Shown: positions 32,652-44,800 of the stretch, in pieces
Layout of the letters: every line of letters starts with the position of its first letter
Numbering within the stretch: the stretch's first letter is position 1
Assembly (NCBI GenBank): GCA_965218795.1
Contig: OZ244653.1
Span: 3,520,001 to 3,584,000 of the forward strand
Source of the DNA: a bacterium
GTDB lineage: Bacteria; UBA8248; JACPRG01; G963555815
Length of the DNA stretch: 64,000 nt
Direction of reading: 5' to 3'
Translations under genes and position numbers: made by a program
Notes under the pieces: model-generated
What the model saw: only the letters and a program-made list of their open reading frames with translations
Told to the model about the DNA's origin: nothing
Database searches by the model: none

Positions 32652-33806
32652 ATGGCCGACATTTATAAGGAAATTCAGGAAACGCGGGAAAAGGGCGGAG
32701 CAGGAGCCATCGCCTCCGTGGTCGCTCGCAAGGGTTCCGCTCCGATGAGCGCCGACGCCAAGATGATCGTCTATCAGGACGGATCGATGAAGGGGACGGT
32801 CGGCGGCGGCTGTCTCGAGGCGGACGTCTGGGCCGAGGCCAAACGGGTCCTCCGCAAGGGCGGGGCGACGAAGATGAGCTTCGACCTGACCGAGGCCGAG
32901 GCCGGCGAGAGCGGGCACATTTGCGGCGGCATCGTGGACGTGCTGATCGAGCCGCTGTCGAACTACTCCGCCGAGATCCTGTCGGAGGTTGTCCGCATCC
33001 GCGCCGAAGGCGGGCGGGCCGTGCTGGCCAGCGTCGCGAGCCGGACCGACCAGAAGATTCCCGGTCCGGACGACCGGATGCTCGTCTACAAGGACGGGAG
33101 TACGCTCGGCTCGCTGGAGGGCATCGAGAAGGAAGTCGTTGATCTCGCCGGCGAGGTCCTTTCGGACGAGAAGCCGGCCAACCGGAATTTTTCGCTCCCT
33201 GATTCGGACGTCCAGGTCGAGGTGTTCCTCGAGCCCATCGTGACCCGGCCCACGGTATACATCTTCGGCGGCGGGCACGTGTCCAAGCATATCGCCAAGG
33301 TGGCGGACGTCGCCGGTTTCCACATCGTGATCGTGGAAGACCGCGAATCCTACGCCAACCAGGAGCGTTTCCCGGAGGTCGAGGATTTTATCGTGCACGA
33401 TGACTTCGATAACCTGGAAAGCGTGATGCCGGAAATCGAAGAGACGGACATGGCGATCATCGTCACCCGGGGCCATCAGTATGACAAGGACATCCTGACC
33501 TGGGCCTGGGACAAACCCTTCCGGTACCTGGGCATGATCGGCAGCAGGACCAAGATCCTCGCGACGTACCGTCAGTTGGAGCAGGAGATGGGCGTTCCGC
33601 GCGACGATTTCGTCAAGCGGATCCGGGCCCCCATGGGACTGAACCTCGGGTCCGACGTTCCCGGCGAGATCGCGGTGGCCATCGTGGCGGAGCTGGTCCA
33701 GGTTCGCAGGCAGAGCCTGATCAAGGAGCCTGAGCTGGCTGGTCAGCCGTTGAGCCGTTCGCTGTTGAAGCATGTCAAGAAAGATCCCGAATTGACCGTG
33801 GCTTGA
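32652..33806 (+). CDS. xdhC: XdhC/CoxI family molybdenum hydroxylase chaperone
   Basis: GSAP, GTVGGGCLE, ICGG, FGGGHV, TRGH, YLGMIGSR, APMGL; second CoxI-like repeat. Confidence 0.9.
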   Translation: MADIYKEIQETREKGGAGAIASVVARKGSAPMSADAKMIVYQDGSMKGTVGGGCLEADVWAEAKRVLRKGGATKMSFDLTEAEAGESGHICGGIVDVLIEPLSNYSAEILSEVVRIRAEGGRAVLASVASRTDQKIPGPDDRMLVYKDGSTLGSLEGIEKEVVDLAGEVLSDEKPANRNFSLPDSDVQVEVFLEPIVTRPTVYIFGGGHVSKHIAKVADVAGFHIVIVEDRESYANQERFPEVEDFIVHDDFDNLESVMPEIEETDMAIIVTRGHQYDKDILTWAWDKPFRYLGMIGSRTKILATYRQLEQEMGVPRDDFVKRIRAPMGLNLGSDVPGEIAVAIVAELVQVRRQSLIKEPELAGQPLSRSLLKHVKKDPELTVA

Positions 33807-33838
33807 GAGGAAGGGAAGTCTCTCCGGGGCCTTCGCGC

Positions 33839-34624
33839 ATGACGACTCCGGCGGTCCAATGGGTTTCGAAGAATCTGCGGGGGCTCCTGGATGGAGTCCT
33901 TGATTTTTTCCTACCCGCTTCCTGCGCCGCGTGCAGCGAGATCATCGGGTCGACGGTCCGGGCGTCTTCCGCCTCCCCCCGCGTGTGCACCGGCTGCTGG
34001 AATTCCATCCAGATGTTGCGCCCCCCTTTTTGCCCCCGATGCGGAGAGCCCTTTGCCTCCGATTACGCCCTGAGCGATTCCCCCGGCCACCTGTGCGGAA
34101 AGTGCAGGGAGAAAGAGCCCTGGTTCGATTCGGCGCGCGCCGCCGGACTCTACGAGGGGGCGCTCCGGGCCATCATCCACAGCTACAAGTACGATGCGAT
34201 GAGCGGATTGTCCGGCGCGTTGACGGATCTCCTGAACGAGCGGTTCAAGGAAGGGTTCGGCGGGGAAACCTTCGATTGGGTCACCCATGTCCCCCTGCAC
34301 CCCCGCAGATACCGTGAACGGGGTTTCGATCAATCCTGGTTTCTGGCGCGAAGATTGGGCCGGGCGGAGGGGGTGACCGCAAAACCCTACCTCCTGGAGC
34401 GGGTCAGGTGGAATGCCGCCCAGTCCAATTTGACCGAGCCTCAGCGGCGGGCGAACGTCCGGAATGCCTTCGTCGTCCGCGACCCGCAGAGCGTCACGGG
34501 GCGGCGGGTCCTTCTGGTGGATGATGTCCTGACGACCGGATCCACGGCCGATGAATGCGCACGGGTCTTGAAGAAGGCCGGAGCGGAATCCGTTCACGTC
34601 TACACCGTCGCGCGCACGGCCTGA
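33839..34624 (+). CDS. comF: ComF family (double zinc ribbon + PRTase)
   Basis: Four CxxC pairs, VPLH..ERGF, LVDDVLTTGST. Confidence 0.9.
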   Translation: MTTPAVQWVSKNLRGLLDGVLDFFLPASCAACSEIIGSTVRASSASPRVCTGCWNSIQMLRPPFCPRCGEPFASDYALSDSPGHLCGKCREKEPWFDSARAAGLYEGALRAIIHSYKYDAMSGLSGALTDLLNERFKEGFGGETFDWVTHVPLHPRRYRERGFDQSWFLARRLGRAEGVTAKPYLLERVRWNAAQSNLTEPQRRANVRNAFVVRDPQSVTGRRVLLVDDVLTTGSTADECARVLKKAGAESVHVYTVARTA

Positions 34625-34940
34625 GGGGCGGGGTTTGACGAAGAAAGTTATTGAAATTTTGGTTTCAGTCTAATTTCGCTGGATATGGATTTTTCTCTGG
34701 GTATGAGCACAATATTTAGTGACTTTTTCTAATTTAATGAAATGTCCAATTTCGATATGACAATTAAACTTTTTCGCAGTTTTATTGAATAGAGGCGGTT
34801 TGTCCTCGCTAATTAAGGTTTCGTTGAGTTCACAAAATATTATTTAACAATTCTGCGTTTTTCTTGAATAAAACAAATCCATCTATACACTGCAAAGGAA
34901 AGAATATTGGGTCAGATATTCTTAGCGAGATAGTTGTTCC

Positions 34941-36103
34941 ATGAAAGCTTCAGATTTCACAGAAGCAAGTCCTGGTCGTTTGGTCATCACCCCGGCGGGC
35001 GTACCGGGATTTGTTCCCAATCCACTTCCACCTCCAATCGAAATCGATCTGACGACGATGAATGCTTTGGCCGAAGCGCGCGCTGCGCTGGGGTATCTCT
35101 CGGGAGTCGGAGAAACATTGCCGAATTTCCATCTGCTGATACGTCCATTTCTTCGAAAGGAGGCAGAAGCATCAAGTCGTATTGAGGGCACATTGACTGA
35201 GTTATCAGAGGTACTGCTTTTTGACGTGGATCCATCCCAGGAACCAGAAGGCTCTGACGCTGGCGAAATTCGAAATTATGTGACTGCGCTTGAGAAAGGC
35301 CTTGAAAGTCTGGAAAAACTCCCTGTTTCTCTTCGTTCTCTCAGGGAGTCCCACGCAACCCTGATGAGCGGCGTCAGGGGAGGAGACAAATCCCCTGGCG
35401 AATTCCGCCGCGTGCAAAATTGGATCGGACGGAGCCGGATAGAAGACGCCGCCTATGTCCCCCCACCTGTGACTGAAATGCAACAATGTCTTTCAGATTG
35501 GGAGAGATTTATCCACGATGAACCCGATCTTCCTCCTCTCACCCGATTGGCTCTGCTGCATTACCAGTTTGAAGTGATTCATCCGTTCGTAGATGGAAAT
35601 GGTCGGATTGGGAGGTTATTGATCCCCATTTTAATGTGTGAATGGCGTCTCATTTCCCAACCGCTTCTCTATCTCAGCGTGTACTTTGAGCGAAATCGGC
35701 GTGATTATTTCGATCTTCTTTTGGCTGTGAGTCAACACGGTCTATGGAATGAATGGATCCTGTTTTTTTGATTGGCATTGAACAACAGGCCAAAGACGCG
35801 GCATGGCGCTCCAGACGGTTGATGGATAAGTGGACCGAGTATCGCTCAAGAGGACAGTCGGAGAGAAATGCCTCCACGTTGCTTCCTGTTATCGATGGTT
35901 TGTTGGAGTTTCCCTATTGCACAGCACGCCGCGTCGAAACGCTGGCTGGCGTTTCCCCTCCTACGGCTCTAAAAGCGATCGGGAGACTGGAGTCGTTAGG
36001 AATCGTAACCGAAATTACCGGAAATGAAAGAAATCGCATCTGGAGAGCAAGCGATATCATGAATATCTTGACACAGGATTTTAATGAATCCGATTTTGAG
36101 TAA
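34941..36103 (+). pseudogene. Fic family protein (Fic_N, Fic, C-terminal HTH), frameshifted at a T7 run
   Basis: SSRIEG, HPFVDGNGRIGR; one more T at 35763-35769 would give WILFFLIGIEQ and join the 35753-36103 ORF. Confidence 0.85.
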
Positions 36104-36109
36104 TTTAGC

Positions 36110-36931
36110 ATGATCTTGTTGTCTGATTGGATTTCTATTGTGAGGGTTTACATTTTGCAGAAATCGAGTTTCTGCCAGAAAGCGCAATTCGAAAGCGGCT
36201 GGATCCACGTCGAGAAGAGCCCCCGCCGCGTCCGGGTGAAGTTTGGCGGAAAGATCGTCGCCGACAGCCGAAGGGTTTGCCTCGTGAGGGAGTCGATGCG
36301 GATTCCCCTGTACTTTTTCCCCAAGGACGATGTCCGGATGGAATGTCTGGTCCCGGCCGATCGGACGGGGCATCATCCGAAGCTGGGCGACCCGGTCTAT
36401 TGGACCCTTCGGGTGGGAGCCAAAGCCGCTGAGAACGGGGCCTGGAGCTACCCGAAACCGCCGCAGGAATTTTCCAGCCTCCAGGACTGTCTTGCCTTTG
36501 AATGGGATGCAATGGACGCCTGGTATGAGGAGGACGAGGAGGTCTTCGTCCACGCCCGGGATCCGTACAAGCGGGTGGATGTTCTGAAGAGTACGCGCCG
36601 CGTCCGGATCGTTGTCGGGGGCGAGACAGTGGCGGAGACCCACCGGCCCTCGCTCTTGTTTGAGACGGGTATGCCCGTCCGGTACTACATCCCGCAGGAG
36701 GACGTTCGCATGGACCTGCTGGAGCCGACGGACACCGAATCGAGGTGCCCCTACAAGGGGATAGCAGGGTATTGGTCCGTGAAGGCGGGCGGGTCCATCA
36801 ACAGGGACGTGGCTTGGAGCTATCCGGACCCCATTCCCGAGTGCGCCAAAATCAAGGGATTGCTCTGCTTCTTCAACGAGAAAGTGGATGCCCTCTACGT
36901 GGATGAAGAATTGATGCCCACCGGCCCTTGA
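36110..36931 (+). CDS. Tandem DUF427 domain protein
   Basis: Two repeats with YFFP..DVRM / YYIP..DVRM, AWSYP, CPYKG, HARDPY. Confidence 0.85.
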   Translation: MILLSDWISIVRVYILQKSSFCQKAQFESGWIHVEKSPRRVRVKFGGKIVADSRRVCLVRESMRIPLYFFPKDDVRMECLVPADRTGHHPKLGDPVYWTLRVGAKAAENGAWSYPKPPQEFSSLQDCLAFEWDAMDAWYEEDEEVFVHARDPYKRVDVLKSTRRVRIVVGGETVAETHRPSLLFETGMPVRYYIPQEDVRMDLLEPTDTESRCPYKGIAGYWSVKAGGSINRDVAWSYPDPIPECAKIKGLLCFFNEKVDALYVDEELMPTGP

Positions 36932-37305
36932 CTCCATAGCCCTAGCATCGTGCATCCGCGTTTTCGCCGTGCCTGCCCAGGAGGCCACCGCAAGGCAATG
37001 CGCCATAAAGGTCTGATTCAGAGACAAATCCTCATCCGCGAAACGGCCTGCCCAAACACACCTTGCTCGCATACCTGCGTGATAACCCCATCTGCTAGGC
37101 ATGACCCAAGAAATAATTAGAAATGAAACCATGTAGGACTTAGTGGGACTATGCGGGACAGGGGGCTGTAAAAACAGGAGGTTAGGATGCTTCGGCGCGC
37201 TTCGCAATATGGTTTAAGTAATTGGAAATTTTTCGATGAAATTGGCGTAAAACGCTTTTTTCATGTTTTTTCCAAAGCGATCTCAGGGTGCGTTTGGGAG
37301 GATTT

Positions 37306-38038
37306 TCATTGGAATCCGTTTATCAGCGTGCGGAGGTTGACCGCCAGCTGGTCGGCGTTGAACCAGTGGGGGTCGTCCTTCATCAAGACGGTGGGTGTGC
37401 GGGGCAGGATCCCATCTTCGTCTGCAATCGATACCGGCAGGCACATGCGCCAATCGTCGTAGGACGCTCTGACCAGTTCGTCCCTGGTCGATACCCCGTA
37501 GAACTCCATCAGCCATTCCATGGCTTCGGGATTTTCAATCAGGGGCAACCCTGAATCGAGGGGACGGCCCCTGAATATCGAGTTGGAGACGTTGCACAGG
37601 AGAAGATCGAACTCGCCGACCAGATACCTGTCATTCGTGGTGGATTGGCGTGCAAGATTGCTTCTCGACTTGTGGCACTTCACGGCAAAGTGCGGCACCG
37701 GAGCCCTCCGAGACCTCAGCCTGAAGCCGCCCCTTACGGCGTTCTTCGTCTCCGCCTTCAGTCGACTGCCGGTTCGCCTGAAGGTGATACTGACATCCTC
37801 GTCTATGGTTCCGGCCTGCGGGTTCAGGTGAAGTTTCTGCACATCCCACTCTCTCGGGTCCAGGACCTGCCGCAAGAAGGCCGCGCCGATGTACTCGGTC
37901 GCCTTGCCCCGGATCATCGGCAAGACCTTCTGGTCTTCTAGGATGTCCAGCAAATTCTCTCGCGGGATGTTGCTAGGTTCGGCAATACTCGGTGATGCTG
38001 TTGTAGATGTGCAGCATCTCCCCGTTGCCATCAGACAT
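37306..38038 (-). pseudogene. Probable type II restriction endonuclease, frameshifted near codon 21
   Basis: Start overlaps MTase stop; ACC TAG C AAC breaks the frame; body has DED...AETK (PD-(D/E)xK-like). Confidence 0.65.
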
Positions 38039-38972
38039 CGTAGTTTCGAACAAAGACTTCCCGTCCCTTGTATCGCGTGCTTCTGAACCCGTCCTTTTTC
38101 TTGGTCCCGTTTCTCTGGTCGTCCGTCCGGTTGATGGTGTAGTTCCATTCCTTGCCGGTGATCGAGGTTGCCCAGCTGTAGAGGTCACGCACGGCTTCGT
38201 GCTCGTCGTATGTGAGAAGGAACCGGATTCTGCGCCTGTGACGATACAGGCAATCGGCCAAACGCTGGTGATCGGCGGGCGTGAACGTGCAATTGTAGAA
38301 CTTCTGTTGATTCGCGTCGTAGTATGGCGGATCGACAAAGGCGAAACACCCGTCCGGCAGACCGTCGATGACTTCCTCGAAATCGCGGGAGATCAACTCC
38401 ACGCCTTGCAGCTTGTCGGATACGGTTCTGAGGTGGAGCGGCCAGTTTTCGGGCCGCATGGAGTACTTCTTGCCGAAGCCCCAATAGCAGTTCTCCGGCC
38501 GCATGATGCCACTGTAGGAGGTCCGGTTCAGGTAATACCACCTGAAGGCCCGTTCCAGGTCGTTGCGCGGCTCGTAGCGGTTCTTGTAGAAGTCGTGGTT
38601 TCGCTTCGTGGCCTTGATCCCGCTCAACTTCCCTATCAGGGCTTCCACATGGTCCCTGATGTGGAGCAATACGTTGATCACGTCACAGTCGAGGTCGTTG
38701 AGAATAGAGGTCTCTGCCTTTTCCTTGGCAAAGAACACGGAGGCACCGCCAGCGAACGGCTCACAATAGTCCCGATGATGGGGGAGCACATCGAGTATCA
38801 GGCGCCGGGCGTAGAACTTTCCGCCGGGATATCGGAAAGGAGAGTTGGATTTGCGCGAGCGAGGAAGGCTGTCCTGCCTGGCCCCCGGAAAATGGAACTG
38901 GCCTTGTCGTGCGAATACCTCTGAACGTATATTCCCCATCCCCGCCCTTCTCCTGTCCCTCAAAATAGACAT
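38031..38972 (-). CDS. DNA adenine methyltransferase (Dam/D12 class); start uncertain
   Basis: FRYPGGK, EPFAGG, LNDL, FVDPPY. Confidence 0.92.
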   Translation of the reverse strand: MSILRDRRRAGMGNIRSEVFARQGQFHFPGARQDSLPRSRKSNSPFRYPGGKFYARRLILDVLPHHRDYCEPFAGGASVFFAKEKAETSILNDLDCDVINVLLHIRDHVEALIGKLSGIKATKRNHDFYKNRYEPRNDLERAFRWYYLNRTSYSGIMRPENCYWGFGKKYSMRPENWPLHLRTVSDKLQGVELISRDFEEVIDGLPDGCFAFVDPPYYDANQQKFYNCTFTPADHQRLADCLYRHRRRIRFLLTYDEHEAVRDLYSWATSITGKEWNYTINRTDDQRNGTKKKDGFRSTRYKGREVFVRNYDV

Positions 38973-39112
38973 TCCCAGGAAAGCCTGTCAAGCATCCATC
39001 CTCCATATCCCAAATAGTTCAGGCGCGATTTGCAGTTGTTTCAGGAAGGCTATAACGGGGATCGTTAAGCTTTGGCTCCCTTTGACCCGCTACCGCAGCA
39101 TACCTATAATAA

Positions 39113-40234
<1,122 letters not shown>

Positions 40235-40260
40235 TCCCCTCCGGGCTTCTTTCCACTGCC

Positions 40261-41478
40261 ATGACCCCAGTATCTGGTTGGAAAACCCTCGTCGATCTGG
40301 ATGCCTTCGCCAAGCGCGTCTTCGTCCGGTGCGATTTCAATGTCCCGCTGGACGAGAATAGGGCCGTCTCGGACGATACGCGCATCCGTGCCGTAATCCC
40401 GACGCTTGAACGGCTGCGTTCAGCCGGCGCACGAACGATCCTGGCCTCTCATCTGGGCCGGCCGAAGGGAGCGCCCAAGCCCGAGTTCAGCCTCGCCCCG
40501 ATTGCCGATCATCTGAGCGGGCTTCTGGGGACGAACGTCCCCCTCGCCCCGGACTGCATCGGTCCGCAGGCGGCCGCCCTCGTGGATGATGTGGAACCCG
40601 GAGGTTTTCTCTTGCTGGAAAATCTGCGCTTTCACGCGGGAGAGGAAAAAAATGAGGAGGGCTTTGCCGCGGCGCTGGGGTCGCTGGCGGAGGCTTACGT
40701 CAACGACGCGTTTGGCTGCTCCCACCGGGCGCACGCGTCCGTGGCGGGCATCGTGGACACGCTGCGTCCCGCGGTGGCGGGCCTGCTGCTCGAGCGGGAG
40801 CTTCGGGTGCTCGGGGAGTTGATGGAAAATCCCCAGCGGCCGGTCGCGGCGGTGCTGGGCGGCGCGAAGGTTTCAGGCAAGCTCGGCGTCATCGAATCCC
40901 TGATGAAGCGCGTCGATCGAGTCCTCATCGGCGGGGCCATGGCCTACACCTTCTGGAAGACGCAGGGCCATCCCGTGGGAAATTCCTTGGTGGAAGACAA
41001 CATGCTGGAGATCGCGCGGGCGCTTCTGGAGGCGTCGGATGCGGGTTCCTGCGAGATCCTTCTGCCGGTGGACTGCGTGGCGGCCGAGACAATGGCGCCG
41101 GACGCTCAGCATCGAGCGGTGGGCATCGACGGAATCCCCGACGGCTGGATGGGGCTCGACATCGGTCCGGATTCTCTGGCGAAGTTCGGTGAGGCCCTTT
41201 CCGACGCCCGGACCATTGTCTGGAACGGGCCGATGGGGGTTTTCGAGATGGAGCCCTTCAGCCGCGGAACCCTGGGAATGGTGGAGCGCGTGACCGCCTC
41301 CTCCGCCCAGACGATCATCGGAGGCGGGGACACCGACGCAGCGGTCCATCAGGCCGGCGCGGGGGACCAGGTATCGTTCATCTCCACCGGCGGCGGGGCG
41401 TTCCTGAAGTTCTTGGAAGGCAAGGAGCTGCCCGGTGTGGCGGCGTTGAAAGGAGCGGCTCAAGATGCCCGATGGTAG
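40261..41478 (+). CDS. pgk: Phosphoglycerate kinase
   Basis: DFNVP, SHLGRP, LLENLRF, GGAKVS, WNGPMG, STGGGA. Confidence 0.97.
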   Translation: MTPVSGWKTLVDLDAFAKRVFVRCDFNVPLDENRAVSDDTRIRAVIPTLERLRSAGARTILASHLGRPKGAPKPEFSLAPIADHLSGLLGTNVPLAPDCIGPQAAALVDDVEPGGFLLLENLRFHAGEEKNEEGFAAALGSLAEAYVNDAFGCSHRAHASVAGIVDTLRPAVAGLLLERELRVLGELMENPQRPVAAVLGGAKVSGKLGVIESLMKRVDRVLIGGAMAYTFWKTQGHPVGNSLVEDNMLEIARALLEASDAGSCEILLPVDCVAAETMAPDAQHRAVGIDGIPDGWMGLDIGPDSLAKFGEALSDARTIVWNGPMGVFEMEPFSRGTLGMVERVTASSAQTIIGGGDTDAAVHQAGAGDQVSFISTGGGAFLKFLEGKELPGVAALKGAAQDARW

Positions 41479-42238
41479 ACGGCCTGTCATTGCCGGCAAC
41501 TGGAAAATGAACACGGACGCCGCGGAGGGCGAGGCCCTGGCCGGGGCCGTGGCGGAATCACTGAAGGGGTCCGCGCCCGAAGCGGTGGATGTGATCGTTG
41601 CCCCGCCGTTTCCATACCTCGAACGGATCGGCCGGGTCATCGAAGGCTCACCCGTCGAATTGGGCGCGCAGAACGCCGGATGGGAGAAGAAGGGAGGGTT
41701 CACAGGCGAAGTTTCCCCGGGGATGCTGCGCGACGTCGGCTGCCGGTACGTCATTCTGGGGCACTCCGAGCGGCGCGCTCTCCTGGGAGAATCGGACGAG
41801 CTCGTGAACCGCAAGATCCATGCCTGCCTGGAGGCCGGCCTCAGGCCCATCCTCTGCGTCGGTGAATCCTTTTCCGCGCGGAAGGGCAACCGGGCGGAGT
41901 CCGTCGTCGAGCGGCAGCTTTCGGGTTCGCTGAAGGGCGTGGACGCCGACGCCCTGAGACGGCTGATTGTCGCTTATGAGCCCGTCTGGGCCATCGGTAC
42001 GGGGGAGAACGCCACGCGGGAACAGGCTCAAGAGATGCACGCCTTTATCCGCTCCACCCTGGCGGACTCAATCGATTCAGTTGCGGCGGATGAGCTGCGG
42101 ATACAATATGGGGGTAGTGTGAACCCTGAGAATATCGCCTCCCTGATGGCCGGCGCCGACGTGGATGGAGCCTTGGTGGGAGGGGCCTCGCTCAAAGCGG
42201 AGTCGTTTCTTTCCGTGGTCCGCTATCGAGAGATCTGA
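41465..42238 (+). CDS. tpiA: Triosephosphate isomerase
   Basis: AGNWKM, GHSERR, AYEPVWAIGTG, YGGSV, LVGGASL. Confidence 0.98.
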   Translation: MPDGRRPVIAGNWKMNTDAAEGEALAGAVAESLKGSAPEAVDVIVAPPFPYLERIGRVIEGSPVELGAQNAGWEKKGGFTGEVSPGMLRDVGCRYVILGHSERRALLGESDELVNRKIHACLEAGLRPILCVGESFSARKGNRAESVVERQLSGSLKGVDADALRRLIVAYEPVWAIGTGENATREQAQEMHAFIRSTLADSIDSVAADELRIQYGGSVNPENIASLMAGADVDGALVGGASLKAESFLSVVRYREI

Positions 42239-42246
42239 AGGAGAAA

Positions 42247-42618
42247 TTGATCGTGGCGCCTGATTTGTTCCGGATGATTCTGGTCGCCTTTCACGTGATG
42301 GTCGGCATTTTCCTGATTCTCGTCGTCCTGCTTCAGACCGGGAAAGGCGCCTCTCTGGGAGTGGCCTTCGGCGGCTCCAGCGACACGATGTTCGGCGCGC
42401 GCGGACCCGGCAGCTTCCTCAGCAAGATGACGACGGTTGTCGCCGTCGTGTTCATCCTCACCTCGCTCGCCTTGGCAACGCCGTATTTCGCCCGCCGGCA
42501 AGGCGGTTCCGTGATCCGCGAGCAGGCGGCGCCCGTCTCGACGCCCGCTCAGTCGGAATCACCCGGAAAATCCGGCCCGCCGGCCCCCTCCGGCGCCGCT
42601 CCGGCGGAAAAGAAGTGA
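42247..42618 (+). CDS. secG: Preprotein translocase subunit SecG
   Basis: VLLQTGKGA..AFGG..FG, two TMs, follows tpiA. Confidence 0.92.
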   Translation: MIVAPDLFRMILVAFHVMVGIFLILVVLLQTGKGASLGVAFGGSSDTMFGARGPGSFLSKMTTVVAVVFILTSLALATPYFARRQGGSVIREQAAPVSTPAQSESPGKSGPPAPSGAAPAEKK

Positions 42619-42697
42619 GCCGAAACGGTTGGGGGCGTATCCGAATCACCCTTTGCCGGGGGAGTCACCGCATGGCTGAGACGGGAGCGCAGCCGTC

Positions 42698-44779
42698 ATG
42701 TGGGTGAAACGGACGCTCATCCTGCTGCCGATCGCCGTCGTCCTCTTTCTGCTTCAATCCTTCTTCTGGGTTCCGACCTATGAAAACCAGACGAAGGGGA
42801 GCGCGAAGCGCCTCACCCAGTATATACAGGGCTCCATCGGCGACGCCTCCATCCTGAACCCCATCCTCAACGCCGACACGGCCAGCAGCACGATCACCGG
42901 CCTCGTCTTCGAGGGGCTGATCGACCGTGATCGCGACCTCAGCTTCCGCGGCCGCTTGGCCGAACGGTGGGAGCTGTTCGAGGAAGCCTACCTGCTTGCC
43001 GTGCCTTCCCTCTCCCTTTCCGGGGGCGAGGCCGCTACCGCCGAAGCCATCGTGCGGCGGGTCGAGGCCGCTCGGTCGAACCCCGAGGTGAAGTGGGCCA
43101 GGAACATCCGGAAGGTGGAGATCGTCCCGCCCGGCTCGGAGACGCGGACGGTCCGCGCGCCTCCCGCAAAACGGGGCGATCAACCGGGCCGCGCCCAGCT
43201 CAAAATCTCCCGTCCCGCCCGTGTGAAGTTCACCCTCGAGAAGGTCGACCAGGAATTCTTCGGCAAGTTGCAAAGCCTTATCGGGAAGGAATATCTCAAG
43301 AACGTGAATCCTGAAAGTTTCGTTGAAGGCCCGGAGAAGGCGGTCGAATTTTACGCCCGGCGGCTCCTTCCGTCCGCCGAGCACAACCCGGTCATCATTT
43401 TTCATCTGCGGAAAGGAGTGCGCTTTCACGACGGTCATGAGTTCGACGCGGAGGACGTCAAGTTCACCTTCGAGTCGATCGTGAATCCGCGAAATTTTTC
43501 ACCCCGTATCCCGGACTACGAGCCGGTCAAAGCCGTGGAGGTTCTGGACGGGCGGACGGTCCGAATCGTCTACAAGCGGCTTTACTCGCCGGCTTTCGGA
43601 ACGTGGGCGATGGGGGTGCTGCCCGAGCACCTCCTGAACCGGAAGGCGCTCGAGAAAGAGGCGCGGGGGCGCGGGAAGGATCCCGCCAAGTTCACGATGC
43701 GGGACAGCCGGTTCAACCGGAATCCCGTGGGCGTGGGTCCGTTCAAGTTCTCGGAATGGAAGTCCGACGAGTTCATTCGTCTTGCCCGCAATCCGGATTA
43801 TTGGGAAGGCGCGCCCAGCTACCACGAATACATCTTTCGCATCCTGCCCGATCCCCTGGGCCAGGAGATGAGCTTTTACGCAGGGACGGTCGACAGCTAC
43901 GGCGTTTTGCCGCACCAAGTGGCCCGTCTCGGGAAGGACCCGGGGTATCAGCATTTTTCGGGCCTGTCCTTCGGGTACACCTACATCGGCTACAATCATC
44001 GCCGGCCGCTTTTCAAAGACCGCCGTGTCCGCCGAGCGCTCGGCATGGCCATCAACGTGGACGAGATCAAGAAGTATCTCTACTATGATCAGGCCGAGCC
44101 CATTACCGGGCCCTTTCCCAAGCAGACCGATTATTACAACCGGAAAATCAAGCCCATCGCCTACGACCCGGAGGGGGCGCTTCGCCTGCTGGAAGAGGTG
44201 GGCTGGAAAAAGGTGAACGGCCGGCTGATGAAAGACGGCAAGCCCTTCAGATTCACCCTCATCACCAATCACGGCAACGAAATCCGCAAGGCCATCATGA
44301 TCATCGCGCAGAATGCATGGAAGAAGCTGGGCATCGAGGTGAAGGCCAGCACGGTGGAATGGGCCGTCTTTCTGAAAAAACATGTCAACGTGGGGAACTT
44401 CGATACGCTGATCCTCGGGTGGTCTATGGGAATCGACCCGGACCTGTACCAGATCTGGCATTCCAGCCAGTCGGGCCGCTCCCAACTCAACTTTGTCGGG
44501 TACCGGAACCCCGAGGCGGACGACCTGATCATCAAAATCCGGCGGGAGTACGACCGTCAAAAGCAGATCGAATACACTCACCGGCTTCACCGGATCATAT
44601 ACGAGGACCAGCCATACACCTTCCTCTATGTCGGGAAGTGGACCGCCTTGCTGGATCGCAAAATCGTGATTCGGCGGGACGGAAAGGTCAAGAAGATTAC
44701 GTCTACAAAGACGGGCAATTACATGTTCGATTTCAACGGATGGGTGAAGCTCCCGCAGGCTCCCCAATTTCAGATGTAG
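42698..44779 (+). CDS. Peptide/nickel ABC transporter substrate-binding protein (family 5)
   Basis: LNPIL, LRKGVRFHDG, GPFKF, VRRAL, GW..DPD; N-terminal TM. Confidence 0.9.
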   Translation: MWVKRTLILLPIAVVLFLLQSFFWVPTYENQTKGSAKRLTQYIQGSIGDASILNPILNADTASSTITGLVFEGLIDRDRDLSFRGRLAERWELFEEAYLLAVPSLSLSGGEAATAEAIVRRVEAARSNPEVKWARNIRKVEIVPPGSETRTVRAPPAKRGDQPGRAQLKISRPARVKFTLEKVDQEFFGKLQSLIGKEYLKNVNPESFVEGPEKAVEFYARRLLPSAEHNPVIIFHLRKGVRFHDGHEFDAEDVKFTFESIVNPRNFSPRIPDYEPVKAVEVLDGRTVRIVYKRLYSPAFGTWAMGVLPEHLLNRKALEKEARGRGKDPAKFTMRDSRFNRNPVGVGPFKFSEWKSDEFIRLARNPDYWEGAPSYHEYIFRILPDPLGQEMSFYAGTVDSYGVLPHQVARLGKDPGYQHFSGLSFGYTYIGYNHRRPLFKDRRVRRALGMAINVDEIKKYLYYDQAEPITGPFPKQTDYYNRKIKPIAYDPEGALRLLEEVGWKKVNGRLMKDGKPFRFTLITNHGNEIRKAIMIIAQNAWKKLGIEVKASTVEWAVFLKKHVNVGNFDTLILGWSMGIDPDLYQIWHSSQSGRSQLNFVGYRNPEADDLIIKIRREYDRQKQIEYTHRLHRIIYEDQPYTFLYVGKWTALLDRKIVIRRDGKVKKITSTKTGNYMFDFNGWVKLPQAPQFQM

Positions 44780-44800
44780 GAGTGCCGGGAAGGCCATCGC

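Noticed and set aside
31738-33806. Selenocysteine read-through in yqeC, xdhC or iscU
   Set aside because: No in-frame TGA at a conserved Cys position
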